Source of the DNA: a virus
Lineage: Duplodnaviria > Caudoviricetes
Direction: 5' to 3' (one strand)
IMG/VR virus record: IMGVR_UViG_3300028840_002358
Span: 1 to 54,657 of that record
DNA length: 54,657 bases
Shown: positions 16,831 through 26,147 of the stretch, in pieces
How positions within the stretch are numbered: position 1 is the first letter of the stretch
How the letters are laid out: the number at the start of each line of letters is the position of its first letter
Notes under the pieces: generated by a model
What the model saw: only the letters and a program-made list of their open reading frames with translations
Told to the model about the DNA's origin: nothing
Databases searched by the model: none
Position numbers and translations under genes: made by a program

Positions 16831-18034
16831 TACAGCATTGACCGTGAGACAACAGGCGCTTATGCCTGTAATGGAGTTGGAGCAGGCCGTGAGCCGACAC
16901 AACTACCTCGTGCAGCTCGCCGGATCGGTGATGGTCGAGGGTCTGCACTTTGGCACTATCCCCGGCACAGCAAAGCCGACGCTCTACAAGCCGGGTGCCG
17001 AGATGTTAACGACCGTTTTCGGCCTGACGCCCCGCTTTGAGACGATCAAGGAGGTCGAGCAGTGGGAAGGGCTCGAACCGTTCTTCTATTACTGGATGCG
17101 TTGCCGACTTTATCACAGAGATCAGCTTGTAGGCGAGGCCGATGGCTCGTGCAATAGCCGCGAGGCCCGCTATCGCTGGCGATGGGTGAACGAGGACGAT
17201 GTATCCGCCGCTCTGGACAAGACCAAGCTCCAAAAGCGCGGTGGTCGCATCTCAGAGTTCTCGTTTGCCGTGGACAAGGCAGAGACGACCGGCAAATACG
17301 GCAAGCCGGAAGAGTACTGGCAACGGTTTAGAGATGCCATTGAGGCAGGCACAGCCGCCAAAGTTCGCAAGCCGACGGCCAAGGGCGCAGTTTATGACGC
17401 CTGGGAGATTGACAGTACCGTCTACCGCGTACCCAACGAGGACATTTACAGCCAGGTCAACACGATCCTCAAGATGGCAGAGAAGCGGGCGCTTGTCGCC
17501 GCCGTGCTGGTCACAGTGAATGCGAGCGAGTTCTTCACGCAGGATATGGAGGACTTGATCGACGTGCCTGCGAACGTAACGGTGATCAACCAGCCGGCGC
17601 AGCGCAAAACGCCGATGGATGCTAAGCAGGCAACCGATGATCTTTTCGATGGCTACCAGGATCAGAACTACAGCCCCCCGCCAGAGGATGACATTGACGC
17701 CGCCGCCGAACTGGCCGAGGCCAAGCGAGAGGCTGAGGACTTGAATACCAGCAGGCCAGGAACATACATCATCAGTCCCGACGTAAAGCTGATCGAGCTT
17801 GACTATATGCCTGACTGGTTGGACACGGACAAGTCGCGCCAGTGGGGGCGGCTGTTTTTTGAGGCCCGACAGCACCTCGGCTACAAGAACGACTATCACG
17901 CCGAGGGTGCGCTGAAAAGCGTCTTGGGCGATGACTATCAGGAACAGGCATACGCCGCCGCCTGGGCCGTCCTGGTGGATCACGTGAGGGCAAAGGTGGG
18001 CAGCAAACCGACCGCTGATTCTGAGGCCGACTAG
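16823..18034 (+). CDS. Putative single-strand annealing / recombination protein
   Basis: HFGTIPGT.KPTLYKPGAEML...GSCNSRE...NTILKMAEKRALVAA...FTQD, then an acidic tail. Confidence 0.55.
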   Translation: MSDTALTVRQQALMPVMELEQAVSRHNYLVQLAGSVMVEGLHFGTIPGTAKPTLYKPGAEMLTTVFGLTPRFETIKEVEQWEGLEPFFYYWMRCRLYHRDQLVGEADGSCNSREARYRWRWVNEDDVSAALDKTKLQKRGGRISEFSFAVDKAETTGKYGKPEEYWQRFRDAIEAGTAAKVRKPTAKGAVYDAWEIDSTVYRVPNEDIYSQVNTILKMAEKRALVAAVLVTVNASEFFTQDMEDLIDVPANVTVINQPAQRKTPMDAKQATDDLFDGYQDQNYSPPPEDDIDAAAELAEAKREAEDLNTSRPGTYIISPDVKLIELDYMPDWLDTDKSRQWGRLFFEARQHLGYKNDYHAEGALKSVLGDDYQEQAYAAAWAVLVDHVRAKVGSKPTADSEAD

Positions 18035-18084
18035 ACACACATCCTGCCCGGCTGAAAGGTCGGGCAGGGTAGCAAGGAGAACCG

Positions 18085-18804
18085 TTGAAACTCTTTTGGA
18101 ACCGCCTTTTGCAAGCGTCGCTATGGCTAGCATCGATTGGCCTTATGATCGCATCATCCGGCCTCGACGGCGCGTACCTCGCCAAGCTGATGCCAACCGG
18201 CTTCGCTTGGCTAGGACTGCTGCTCAACACAATGACCGACCTGACCAGCGAGCTAGGGATGTACTGGTACGGTCGATTGCAGATGGATCGATCCTCGACC
18301 AAGCAAAAGCGCGCCCGCTGGCTATTGGTCGGCCAGATTGTCCTTGTCGGGTACGCCTGGCTGTTCTCTTGGCGGCAGCTTGTGCCAATCATTGCCAAGG
18401 TGGATCCTGGCGCGTGGTGGATGGCGCCCATTGGTGCGGCATTCATCCCATCGGCGCTAATCGTTGTCGGGTATACGCAAGCCCTGCTCGCCGGACGCGT
18501 CGAGGATGTCAAGGCGACCGCCAAGGTCGCGCCAGTGGATGCCAAGTTGGCGTCAGAAGCGCCAACCGAACCGCCAACCGTGACAGCCGAACCGCCAATG
18601 ACGCCAACCATTGACAAGCCAGTGCCAAGCCTGGACACAGAGGCACGCAGGGAGCGGGTATTGGCCGCTATGTTGGCAGACGAACCGCCCACCCAGGCCG
18701 AACTGGCGGACAGGTTGGCCGTCAGTCGGTCAACCATTGGCAACGATGTGGCGCGGCTGCGCCAAGCTGGCCGATTGAATGGACAAGGGGGAACACATCA
18801 ATGA
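18085..18804 (+). CDS. Multi-TM membrane protein with C-terminal HTH (DUF2637/Spd-like)
   Basis: Four hydrophobic segments, Pro/Thr linker, PTQAELADRLAVSRSTIGNDV. Confidence 0.7.
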   Translation: MKLFWNRLLQASLWLASIGLMIASSGLDGAYLAKLMPTGFAWLGLLLNTMTDLTSELGMYWYGRLQMDRSSTKQKRARWLLVGQIVLVGYAWLFSWRQLVPIIAKVDPGAWWMAPIGAAFIPSALIVVGYTQALLAGRVEDVKATAKVAPVDAKLASEAPTEPPTVTAEPPMTPTIDKPVPSLDTEARRERVLAAMLADEPPTQAELADRLAVSRSTIGNDVARLRQAGRLNGQGGTHQ

Positions 18805-19109
18805 CACAACTGATCCTGGCCCTGGCCTGCCTCTTTATTGCAGGCGTCATCTACAACGAGTTTCTCGCCAGGTCGAAAGTGCAGACTGTCAAGATCGCAG
18901 GCAACGGCTCACGGGCGTGTGAACTCGCTGAGGGCATTATCAATGTCCTGGTCGAGCAAGTCGAACAGCGGCGCGGCCCCATCATCGGTGCAGTGGGAGA
19001 GGACGGCAAGACGATCACGCTTCACACGTTCATTGAGGCGGTGGACGGCCGGCGGCTGATTCTGCGCGACAGGTTGACGCCGGGCACGCTGGTCACGGTA
19101 ATTAGGTAG
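18801..19109 (+). CDS. Membrane-anchored hypothetical protein
   Basis: N-terminal TM; ATGA overlap. Confidence 0.6.
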   Translation: MTQLILALACLFIAGVIYNEFLARSKVQTVKIAGNGSRACELAEGIINVLVEQVEQRRGPIIGAVGEDGKTITLHTFIEAVDGRRLILRDRLTPGTLVTVIR

Positions 19110-19118
19110 GAGGGTAGA

Positions 19119-20171
19119 TTGGCAATCAATGGGGCAGGGCTTGGAGCACCAGGAACACGGATCACACGCCGTCTTGGGCCGGATGACGAGGTGTGGTTGT
19201 ACGTTTGGCAAGCCATCACGGGAGCCTGTGCGCTCGATCTCGTCCTGACAATGCTGCTGTTCAGCTATGCGATCATTGGCTGGTGGTCATTGGTTGTGTT
19301 TCTCTCTGGCGTCGGTTTCCTGGTCGGCCTGCTCATTATGGTATTCGGCAGACCGCAATGGATGCCCGCCCGGTTTGTCATTGGCAATCTGTGGGCGCTA
19401 GGTGGCGTTATTGGCCTGCTCGTTGGCCGCGAGTGGTATGCCATTCTCGCCAATGGCATCCGACTGGTAGGCCAACAGATCGCCATTCTGGCAGAGTTGC
19501 CGCTGTGGGCCTGGACGCTGTTTGTCCTGGTGCTGCTGGTGGTCGGTTCAAAACTCCAGTGGAAAGCGGCGCTTGTCCTGGCGATTGCCGGGCCTATCAG
19601 CGCGATTGTCATTTTCTCCGATGCCGCCGACTGGTTGGCTGTGTGGCACTCGATCAAGTGGCTATTGGTCCCCTACTCCTGGCCGGTGATTGGCTTTGCT
19701 CTGCTCTTGGCAATTGTAATGGCAAAGGAGATGCTTTTCCCGTCGCTTGAGTGGACATTCCAGCCGGTCAGTTTGGAGGAACTGCGCGAGGTCGGCCTGA
19801 TCGGTCTCTGGATGCCGGGCCTATTTGGAGAGACAGAAGAACCTGAACCCGAACCACCCGAACCGGTGATCCGGGCCGAACATCGAGATGACACAAACGG
19901 CAAGGCAAAAGAGCGGTATGCCCAAGTTCTGATTTCCAACCGGGCGCGTGACTTCTATCTCGCCATCCACGGCGGCGCGCCGTTCACGTTGGCGACCGCA
20001 CGCAAGTGCAAGATCGGGCGCAAAACCTACGAGAAGCGCATCCGTGGCGTGTTCCTGGCGCGTGACTGGCTCAAGTGGCGAGACGAGCAGCACCACGATC
20101 AGGGACTAGAGTTGACAGAGGCGGGAGAGGATATGATCGGGGAGCTCGTGCTAAACGACCCGCGACACTGA
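19119..20171 (+). CDS. Polytopic membrane protein with C-terminal winged-helix-like domain
   Basis: About 6 TM segments; C-terminal LKW......GLELTEAG. Confidence 0.65.
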   Translation: MAINGAGLGAPGTRITRRLGPDDEVWLYVWQAITGACALDLVLTMLLFSYAIIGWWSLVVFLSGVGFLVGLLIMVFGRPQWMPARFVIGNLWALGGVIGLLVGREWYAILANGIRLVGQQIAILAELPLWAWTLFVLVLLVVGSKLQWKAALVLAIAGPISAIVIFSDAADWLAVWHSIKWLLVPYSWPVIGFALLLAIVMAKEMLFPSLEWTFQPVSLEELREVGLIGLWMPGLFGETEEPEPEPPEPVIRAEHRDDTNGKAKERYAQVLISNRARDFYLAIHGGAPFTLATARKCKIGRKTYEKRIRGVFLARDWLKWRDEQHHDQGLELTEAGEDMIGELVLNDPRH

Positions 20172-20313
20172 CCCGCTAACTTCACGACCATCCCCCGCTT
20201 TGGCCGCTAAAATCACGGTAGAACGACGAAAAGTCAATTTTTCAGCGGCAAAAACTGGTATGATCATTCTGTGTCATACCGCGACATAGGTATCTGAGTG
20301 GGGAACCACTTGC

Positions 20314-20342
20314 TTGACAAATTCTCTGAAATTTGATATAAT
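20314..20342 (+). promoter_or_regulatory. Perfect sigma70-type promoter
   Basis: TTGACA-17 nt-TATAAT with TG extension; inverted repeat GGTATGA-N10-TCATACC upstream at 20257-20280. Confidence 0.85.
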
Positions 20343-20396
20343 AAAGCCAGAAATTGAGGGAGGCGGAACCCCTCACAGACAGACAAGGAGACGGAA

Positions 20397-20903
20397 ATGA
20401 ACCTCCAGATGGATGAGAATAGAGAAATGGACAGAATTGCAGAATATGCCAAGCGGATTGCATACAATCTCTATCTGGACGGTTCCGATGTAGCAGAATG
20501 GTTGACAGCCTGGGCCATTGACTGGATGAGCACGGACGGGATTGTTTTCCAAATCGCGGCCACACGGGAATTTGGCGCAACACTCTCTGGGTACGTCGCT
20601 AGCGAAGCGCAGAAACGAGGGATTAGCCTAAGCGCAGATTTCTCTACAGAACAGGCGATCCTCCGTGAAATACAAAACGGAAACGGCATCAATCACCCGG
20701 TGACACTCTATCGCGGAACGGACCACAACGAGCACAACGCTCTAGAGAGTTGGACCACTAGCCGGGAGATTGCAGAGTTCTATGTCAGCCGCAACGGTGG
20801 CGGTCAGGTCATCGAGGAGACTTTTCAGCCGGAGCAAATTCTAGGCACCTACCAACAGGGTATCGGCCTGGAATGTGCGATGGAGGTCATCGTTATTCAT
20901 TAG
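20397..20903 (+). CDS. ADP-ribosyltransferase-like protein (R-S-E pattern)
   Basis: TLYRG...ESWTTSREIAEFY...EVIV. Confidence 0.55.
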   Translation: MNLQMDENREMDRIAEYAKRIAYNLYLDGSDVAEWLTAWAIDWMSTDGIVFQIAATREFGATLSGYVASEAQKRGISLSADFSTEQAILREIQNGNGINHPVTLYRGTDHNEHNALESWTTSREIAEFYVSRNGGGQVIEETFQPEQILGTYQQGIGLECAMEVIVIH

Positions 20904-20945
20904 CGCGAATAGGAACCGCGCAGACACAGACAAGGAGAGACGGAA

Positions 20946-21149
20946 ATGGCACGAGAAACTTTTTACAAAGGCGCTCGATACGTCAATACCGAGGACGGCA
21001 CTGAACACATCATCGTACACGTCTACGAGTATGACAATCAGGCTCCGGTCATCGAGTTTATGGCGATGGACGAGGGCGATCAGGGTCCCCAGTTCTGGCA
21101 GATTGAATCAGAACTGCTGAGAGAGCAGGGATACGAACCCAAGTTCTAA
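20946..21149 (+). CDS. Hypothetical protein
   Basis: GACAAGGAGAG RBS. Confidence 0.65.
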   Translation: MARETFYKGARYVNTEDGTEHIIVHVYEYDNQAPVIEFMAMDEGDQGPQFWQIESELLREQGYEPKF

Positions 21150-21192
21150 CCGCTCAATTTCCCCACACTCGTGGGAAGGAAGGTGCTAGTCA

Positions 21193-21597
21193 ATGCACGC
21201 AGTCATCAAGCTTGAGATCATCGGTGAACCCTATCACTGGATGCGTCGCAATCGACACAAGGCACTTATCAAACGCACTTTGCTGATGCGTGAGGAGATC
21301 AACCTCATTCGCTATGGGCACAAAAAGCATCGCCCTTGGGTGGCACGTATTACTGGACTAGATGATCGTTACGAGTTTCGGCGTGAGTTTGTAGAATGTG
21401 TGCGAGACTGGTCCGATGCACGATCAAACGGTATACGAGGCATCTACGAGTATTTCGCTCTACCTCCTGGAATCTATCAAGTAAATGAGTGCATCCGTCT
21501 TGGTAAGTCTCGACGCTATTTTATCCGCGTCGAGGGCACAGAGTACGAGGAAATCACACGCGAGGAGGTCGAACAGTGGCTATTGAGCAATTGCTGA
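21193..21597 (+). CDS. Hypothetical protein upstream of the IbrA-like gene
   Basis: PWVARITG.D..Y.F.REF...D.S.A.S.G.RG; lower GC than neighbours. Confidence 0.7.
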   Translation: MHAVIKLEIIGEPYHWMRRNRHKALIKRTLLMREEINLIRYGHKKHRPWVARITGLDDRYEFRREFVECVRDWSDARSNGIRGIYEYFALPPGIYQVNECIRLGKSRRYFIRVEGTEYEEITREEVEQWLLSNC

Positions 21598-21678
21598 TCA
21601 AGTTGATGAATCACGGAGACGACATTGAGGACGCTCTCCACGACCTGGAGATGATGATCCGAATGGACAAGTCGCCTG

Positions 21679-22893
21679 ATGGACCATAAACGGATGCTCG
21701 GAGTCAACGTCTTAGAGGCGGCGCGCCAGCGCGTTGCCTGGACGTTTGACACCTTTCCCCACGTGTATGTCTCGTGCTCGTGGGGAAAGGACAGCACGGT
21801 GATGTTGCACCTGGTGATGGATGAAGCGATCCGGCGCGGTCGTCGGGTCGGCGTACTGTTCCTTGACCTGGAGGGACAATACAAGCTGACCATTGACCAC
21901 GGGCTGAAATTGATCGAAATGTACAAAGAGCACATCGAGCCGTATTGGGTGGCCCTCCCGATCCACTTGCGTAATGCCGTGTCCCAATACGAGCATCACT
22001 GGATTGCCTGGGAGCCGGGACGGGAGAATGATTGGATACGGCAGCCGCCCAAGTGCGCGATTACCGATCAGGGATATTTTCCGTTCTACCAGTATGCCTG
22101 CGAGTTTGAGGACTTTGTGCCAGAGTTCGGCCATTGGTACGCGCAAGGCAAGCTATGCGCCTGCTTTGTGGGCATCCGCACGGCAGAGAGCCTGAACCGC
22201 TGGCGGACGATCGCTGGGCACGGGACAAAGTTCGAGGGCCGAAACTGGTGCCAGTACGTCGGACAGACGACGTGGAACGTGTACCCGATTTACGACTGGC
22301 GCGCCCAGGATATCTGGACGTATCACGGGCATTACCCCGACCGGCCCTACAACCGGCTGTACGATCTGATGCACCGTGCCGGGTTGTCGATCCACCAGGC
22401 GCGGATTTGCCAGCCCTACGGGGATGACCAGCGCAAGGGCCTATGGCTCTTTCACCTGATCGAGCCGGACACCTGGGCGCGGGTGGTAGCGAGGGTGAAC
22501 GGCGCGAACCAGGGCGCGCTGTACGCCAACGAGACAGGCAACATCCTGGGTCGCATCAAGATCGACAAGCCGGAGGGCCATACCTGGGAATCATTTGCAA
22601 TGCTGCTGTTGGGCAGTATGCCGCCCAAGACGGCAGAACATTTCAAGAACAAAATCGCGGTTTTTTTGCACTGGTGGCAAGAAAAGGGATACAACACAAT
22701 TCCTGATGAGGCGGATCACAAGCTGGAGGCCAAGAAACAGGTACCCTCCTGGCGTCGGATCTGCAAGGCCCTTCTGCGCAATGATTACTGGTGCAAGGGG
22801 CTGTCCTTCTCGATGCACAAGTCTGGCGCATACAAGCGATACCAGAAGATTATGACGAAACGGAGGAACCAATGGGGCATCTTTCCCTCATAG
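21679..22893 (+). CDS. ibrA: IbrA/YbdN-like PAPS-reductase-family (PP-loop) protein with DUF3440
   Basis: SCSWGKDS PP-loop, GIRTAESLNR, YPIYDW...DIW, YNRLYDLM..AG, RICQPYG, SWRRICKALLRNDYWC. Confidence 0.85.
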   Translation: MDHKRMLGVNVLEAARQRVAWTFDTFPHVYVSCSWGKDSTVMLHLVMDEAIRRGRRVGVLFLDLEGQYKLTIDHGLKLIEMYKEHIEPYWVALPIHLRNAVSQYEHHWIAWEPGRENDWIRQPPKCAITDQGYFPFYQYACEFEDFVPEFGHWYAQGKLCACFVGIRTAESLNRWRTIAGHGTKFEGRNWCQYVGQTTWNVYPIYDWRAQDIWTYHGHYPDRPYNRLYDLMHRAGLSIHQARICQPYGDDQRKGLWLFHLIEPDTWARVVARVNGANQGALYANETGNILGRIKIDKPEGHTWESFAMLLLGSMPPKTAEHFKNKIAVFLHWWQEKGYNTIPDEADHKLEAKKQVPSWRRICKALLRNDYWCKGLSFSMHKSGAYKRYQKIMTKRRNQWGIFPS

Positions 22894-23543
22894 GATTCGG
22901 CATTGTAGAACGGGCAAAGGCGCTGGCCGACGAGGTGGCACAGTTGCCCGTCAAGGAGCGGATCGAGGCACTGAACGAGATCCGGCGGGCGTTGCACGCG
23001 GTCAGCCCGTTCTGCGAGGAACCGGTTGACCTGGTGCTGTGGGTGCCAGCAGAAACGGCAGAAGCCAACGACTATAATCCCAATGTCGTAGCCCCGCCCG
23101 AAATGAAGTTGCTTGAGTTATCCATCCAGGAGGATGGGTATACGCAGCCCGTCGTGACGTGGCTTTATCCTGGTGAGAATGGAGATAGCGAGCGCGAGGT
23201 CGTGGATGGATTCCACCGCACACGAATTGGCAAAGAAAGCAAAGACGTGCAAGAACGCACGCTTGGTTATCTCCCAGTCACGACGATCAACGACGACCGT
23301 GAGGCGCGGCCTGACCGGATCGCCGCAACAATTCGCCATAATCGGGCCAGGGGCAAGCATCTAGTCGAGGGAATGAGCGAGATCGTGATCGAGCTGGCGC
23401 GGCGTAATTGGTCGGATGCAAAAATTGGACGTGAGCTAGGGATGGAACCAGATGAGGTACTGCGCCTGAAACAGATTAGCGGGCTTGCCGAGATGTTCGC
23501 GGATCGGGAGTTCTCGGAGGCGTGGGAGGTAGATTCTAACTAG
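22872..23543 (+). CDS. ibrB: IbrB/YbdM-like ParB/Srx-domain protein
   Basis: ANDYNPNVVAPPEMKLL..SI..DGYTQP, VVDGFHR, ATIRHNRARGKH, LGMEPDEVLRLKQ. Confidence 0.88.
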   Translation: MGHLSLIGFGIVERAKALADEVAQLPVKERIEALNEIRRALHAVSPFCEEPVDLVLWVPAETAEANDYNPNVVAPPEMKLLELSIQEDGYTQPVVTWLYPGENGDSEREVVDGFHRTRIGKESKDVQERTLGYLPVTTINDDREARPDRIAATIRHNRARGKHLVEGMSEIVIELARRNWSDAKIGRELGMEPDEVLRLKQISGLAEMFADREFSEAWEVDSN

Positions 23544-23551
23544 GAGACTCT

Positions 23552-23782
23552 ATGGACTGGATAACATTGGCCGATGCCCTGCCGCTCTACAACGACATCC
23601 GCGAGCGGCAGGGTCGGCGCGCCGTAGGATTGAGCGCACTATCCAAGGTCGTCTCTGCGTGCGGCGACACCGAGATCGCATTCAAACCCGGCGGTGGACT
23701 AACCAGCACGTGGCTGGTCAATCGCGACCGGTTGGGCGACCTGATCCCGCCGAGGCCGGGGCGACGGTGGCCGGAGGACTAG
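23552..23782 (+). CDS. Small HTH DNA-binding protein
   Basis: MDWITLADA...TWLV......PRPGR. Confidence 0.55.
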   Translation: MDWITLADALPLYNDIRERQGRRAVGLSALSKVVSACGDTEIAFKPGGGLTSTWLVNRDRLGDLIPPRPGRRWPED

Positions 23783-23874
23783 CCCCCCCTCCCCCGCCGA
23801 CCCTGTACCGCCTGCACGCGAGGGGGATGGGGCAGGCAAGCAGGGGTGCGTGCAGGCGCAGACAAGGAGAGTAG

Positions 23875-24069
23875 ATGAGACACAAACGCACAACGTTCTA
23901 TTTCAACAACGGACAGACGATGATTGCTATTGAGGCCGCTGACCACTGGGAGGCCGAACGATTGTTTGCCCAGGCAATGGCGGCACGGCAAAAACCGAAA
24001 CAGAAACACCGCCCAAAACAGGAACAACAACTGTCACCAACGGACTACGCAACTATCCACGGCTATTAG
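23875..24069 (+). CDS. Hypothetical protein
   Basis: GACAAGGAGAG RBS. Confidence 0.6.
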   Translation: MRHKRTTFYFNNGQTMIAIEAADHWEAERLFAQAMAARQKPKQKHRPKQEQQLSPTDYATIHGY

Positions 24070-24083
24070 ACAAGGAGAGCAAA

Positions 24084-24419
24084 ATGTCAGATGAGGCATA
24101 CAGCAGCAGCTATCAGGTAATCCCTCCTGGCACAAGAACGCCAGGAAGCACGAACGAAAACGATGGCCTTGAGGAGTTGGGCGCATACGCATTCAGTCCC
24201 CTCAAGTGGTTGGTCTACGAAAAGCCGACCATTCCGAGCGTCTTTGAGAGCATTTTTCACGTGACGCCCTGGCAGATGGCCGTTATCCTGCTCGTCACAG
24301 CGATTGTGTTTGTGCTCCTATTCTCAGGAGCTCATCAATTGCAAGCGTTCGGTCAATCGAGCGGCATAGCCCCCACGGTGAACGAGTGGCTGGGGCTTGG
24401 GCCGGGTGGACTGCCCTAA
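24084..24419 (+). CDS. Single-TM hypothetical protein
   Basis: GACAAGGAGAGCA RBS; MAVILLVTAIVFVLLF. Confidence 0.6.
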   Translation: MSDEAYSSSYQVIPPGTRTPGSTNENDGLEELGAYAFSPLKWLVYEKPTIPSVFESIFHVTPWQMAVILLVTAIVFVLLFSGAHQLQAFGQSSGIAPTVNEWLGLGPGGLP

Positions 24420-24763
24420 TGTTCCGCCGCTATGCCCGCACGATGGGCAACTTCGCTGGTGGCATCGAGTTTGATCCCTACACCGAATATGATGTCTGTC
24501 CCACGTGCGGCGCAATCAAGGAAGCAGAAAGTACAAAATGTAATACGTGTGCAGCACGTGAGCGGGCAGAGAAACAGGCACAACGGGAGCAGGCCACACT
24601 CGAACAACAACGCTCCGAAGCTCACGAATTCTACCGAGAGAAAATGGCCGAGGGATGGACGGCGATGGATTGTTGGAGGCACGCACAGGAACAGCGCGCC
24701 GCCAGGGGCGACCCGGTACGTCCCCGTTTCTGGACGGGGCAGAGCATCGGAAGGCCGAAATAG
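24419..24763 (+). CDS. Zinc-finger hypothetical protein
   Basis: CPTC...CNTC; TAATG overlap. Confidence 0.55.
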   Translation: MFRRYARTMGNFAGGIEFDPYTEYDVCPTCGAIKEAESTKCNTCAARERAEKQAQREQATLEQQRSEAHEFYREKMAEGWTAMDCWRHAQEQRAARGDPVRPRFWTGQSIGRPK

Positions 24764-24793
24764 CTCTGCTGAGTATGTGGATACGGAGAAGGA

Positions 24794-25570
24794 GTGCCAG
24801 TGAACGAGTATGCACCAAGAACGACCTACGACATTGACCAAGACGTGCCAGATGTCCTGGACAAGATGCAATGGACACAACATGGAGACGAGACGCACGG
24901 CGTCATTGTGCAGCGGCTTGACCGTAAGCTGTACGTCAAGACGAACAAGGTACTTGAAGCGTTGGGCGGCAAGTGGAGCCGCAAGGCCAAGGCGCACGTA
25001 TTCGAGCGAGACCCACGCCCCGCGCTGGCCTGGACCATCGAAAAGGCCGAGTATGAGGTTGTCAAGGACGGATTCTTTCCGACGCCTCTTGAGATTGGTC
25101 TTGTCATGGCAGAGATGGCCGACCTTGCGCCGGGAATGGACGTGCTAGAGCCATCAGCAGGTAAAGGCAATTTGATAAAGGCTATTCTTGAAGTTCAACC
25201 TTTTGCTATTGTGTCAGTCATTGAGATAGATGACCAACGGCGAACATACCTAGAACAAAGAGAATACAACGTGATAGGCAAGGACTTTTTGCTTTACCAA
25301 GGCCATCACGACCGTATTATTCAGAACCCGCCTTTTGAGCGCAACCAGGACATTATGCACGTACGCCACGCCTGGGAGATTCTGCCAGCCGGTGGCGTTT
25401 TGGTGAGCGTCGTCAGTGAAGGTCCATTCTTTCGCAATGATAGCAATGCGCTGGCCTTTCGCGCCTGGCTGCACGAGCAGGATACCGAGACGCTGGCCCT
25501 GGATGCTGGCGCTTTTGCCGAGAGTGGAACGAACGTTAAGGCGAGAATCATCAAGGCAACGAAACGATGA
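24794..25570 (+). CDS. N6-adenine-type SAM-dependent DNA methyltransferase
   Basis: FFPTP, VLEPSAGKG, NPPF, F..SGT.V. Confidence 0.85.
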   Translation: MPVNEYAPRTTYDIDQDVPDVLDKMQWTQHGDETHGVIVQRLDRKLYVKTNKVLEALGGKWSRKAKAHVFERDPRPALAWTIEKAEYEVVKDGFFPTPLEIGLVMAEMADLAPGMDVLEPSAGKGNLIKAILEVQPFAIVSVIEIDDQRRTYLEQREYNVIGKDFLLYQGHHDRIIQNPPFERNQDIMHVRHAWEILPAGGVLVSVVSEGPFFRNDSNALAFRAWLHEQDTETLALDAGAFAESGTNVKARIIKATKR

Positions 25571-25723
25571 CCTACTACACACCTGATTGGCTGATCCGCG
25601 CCGTGGATGAACTCAAGGCTGCTATGCCGTGTCAATGCTGGCGGTGTAGAGCGCGGCGATGGATAAGCCGACAAGTAAGTCGGTTCCGCTAAATTGACTA
25701 CCAAGAGGAGGTGATCCATTCTC

Positions 25724-25755
25724 AAGCCGCCTAGCTCACACTAGGCGGCTTTTGA
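25724..25755 (+). terminator. Intrinsic terminator at the convergence of the two arms
   Basis: AAGCCGCCTAG-CTCACA-CTAGGCGGCTT(TT). Confidence 0.8.
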
Positions 25756-25757
25756 GT

Positions 25758-26144
25758 TCACCACCGATGCCCCAGCCATCGGGCCGGAACACCACCCTGT
25801 ACGCGCATCCCACGTTCCGATGCCCCTCGCTCATACTGTCGGCGGAACCCAAGAGACATAACCGCCGGGATGCCGATTGCCAGCGAGAGGTAGGGGAATA
25901 GCGCCGATGCCCAACCGATCCAAGTCGGCTCAGGGTGGGGCAGTATCTCAAGCCCGACCGCCAGCGCAAACGCTCCCGTTTGCAGTATAGCGCCCAGCAC
26001 CGCTGACAAGATCGCCCGCTGCGTCTCTGTCCAGGTTTTCATTGCCGCCGGGAACAGGGATACCAACCAGCGGACGAGCACCTCGAATCCGCCACTGAGA
26101 ATCCACGAAACGAACACGGTCAACTCTACTCCAGTCATTTTCAA
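25758..26144 (-). CDS. Holin-like membrane protein
   Basis: Three hydrophobic segments; last gene of the structural arm. Confidence 0.55.
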   Translation of the reverse strand: MKMTGVELTVFVSWILSGGFEVLVRWLVSLFPAAMKTWTETQRAILSAVLGAILQTGAFALAVGLEILPHPEPTWIGWASALFPYLSLAIGIPAVMSLGFRRQYERGASERGMRVQGGVPARWLGHRW

Positions 26145-26147
26145 CTC

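Noticed and set aside
23552-23782. Excisionase implying integration
   Set aside because: Generic small HTH; no integrase or att core found nearby
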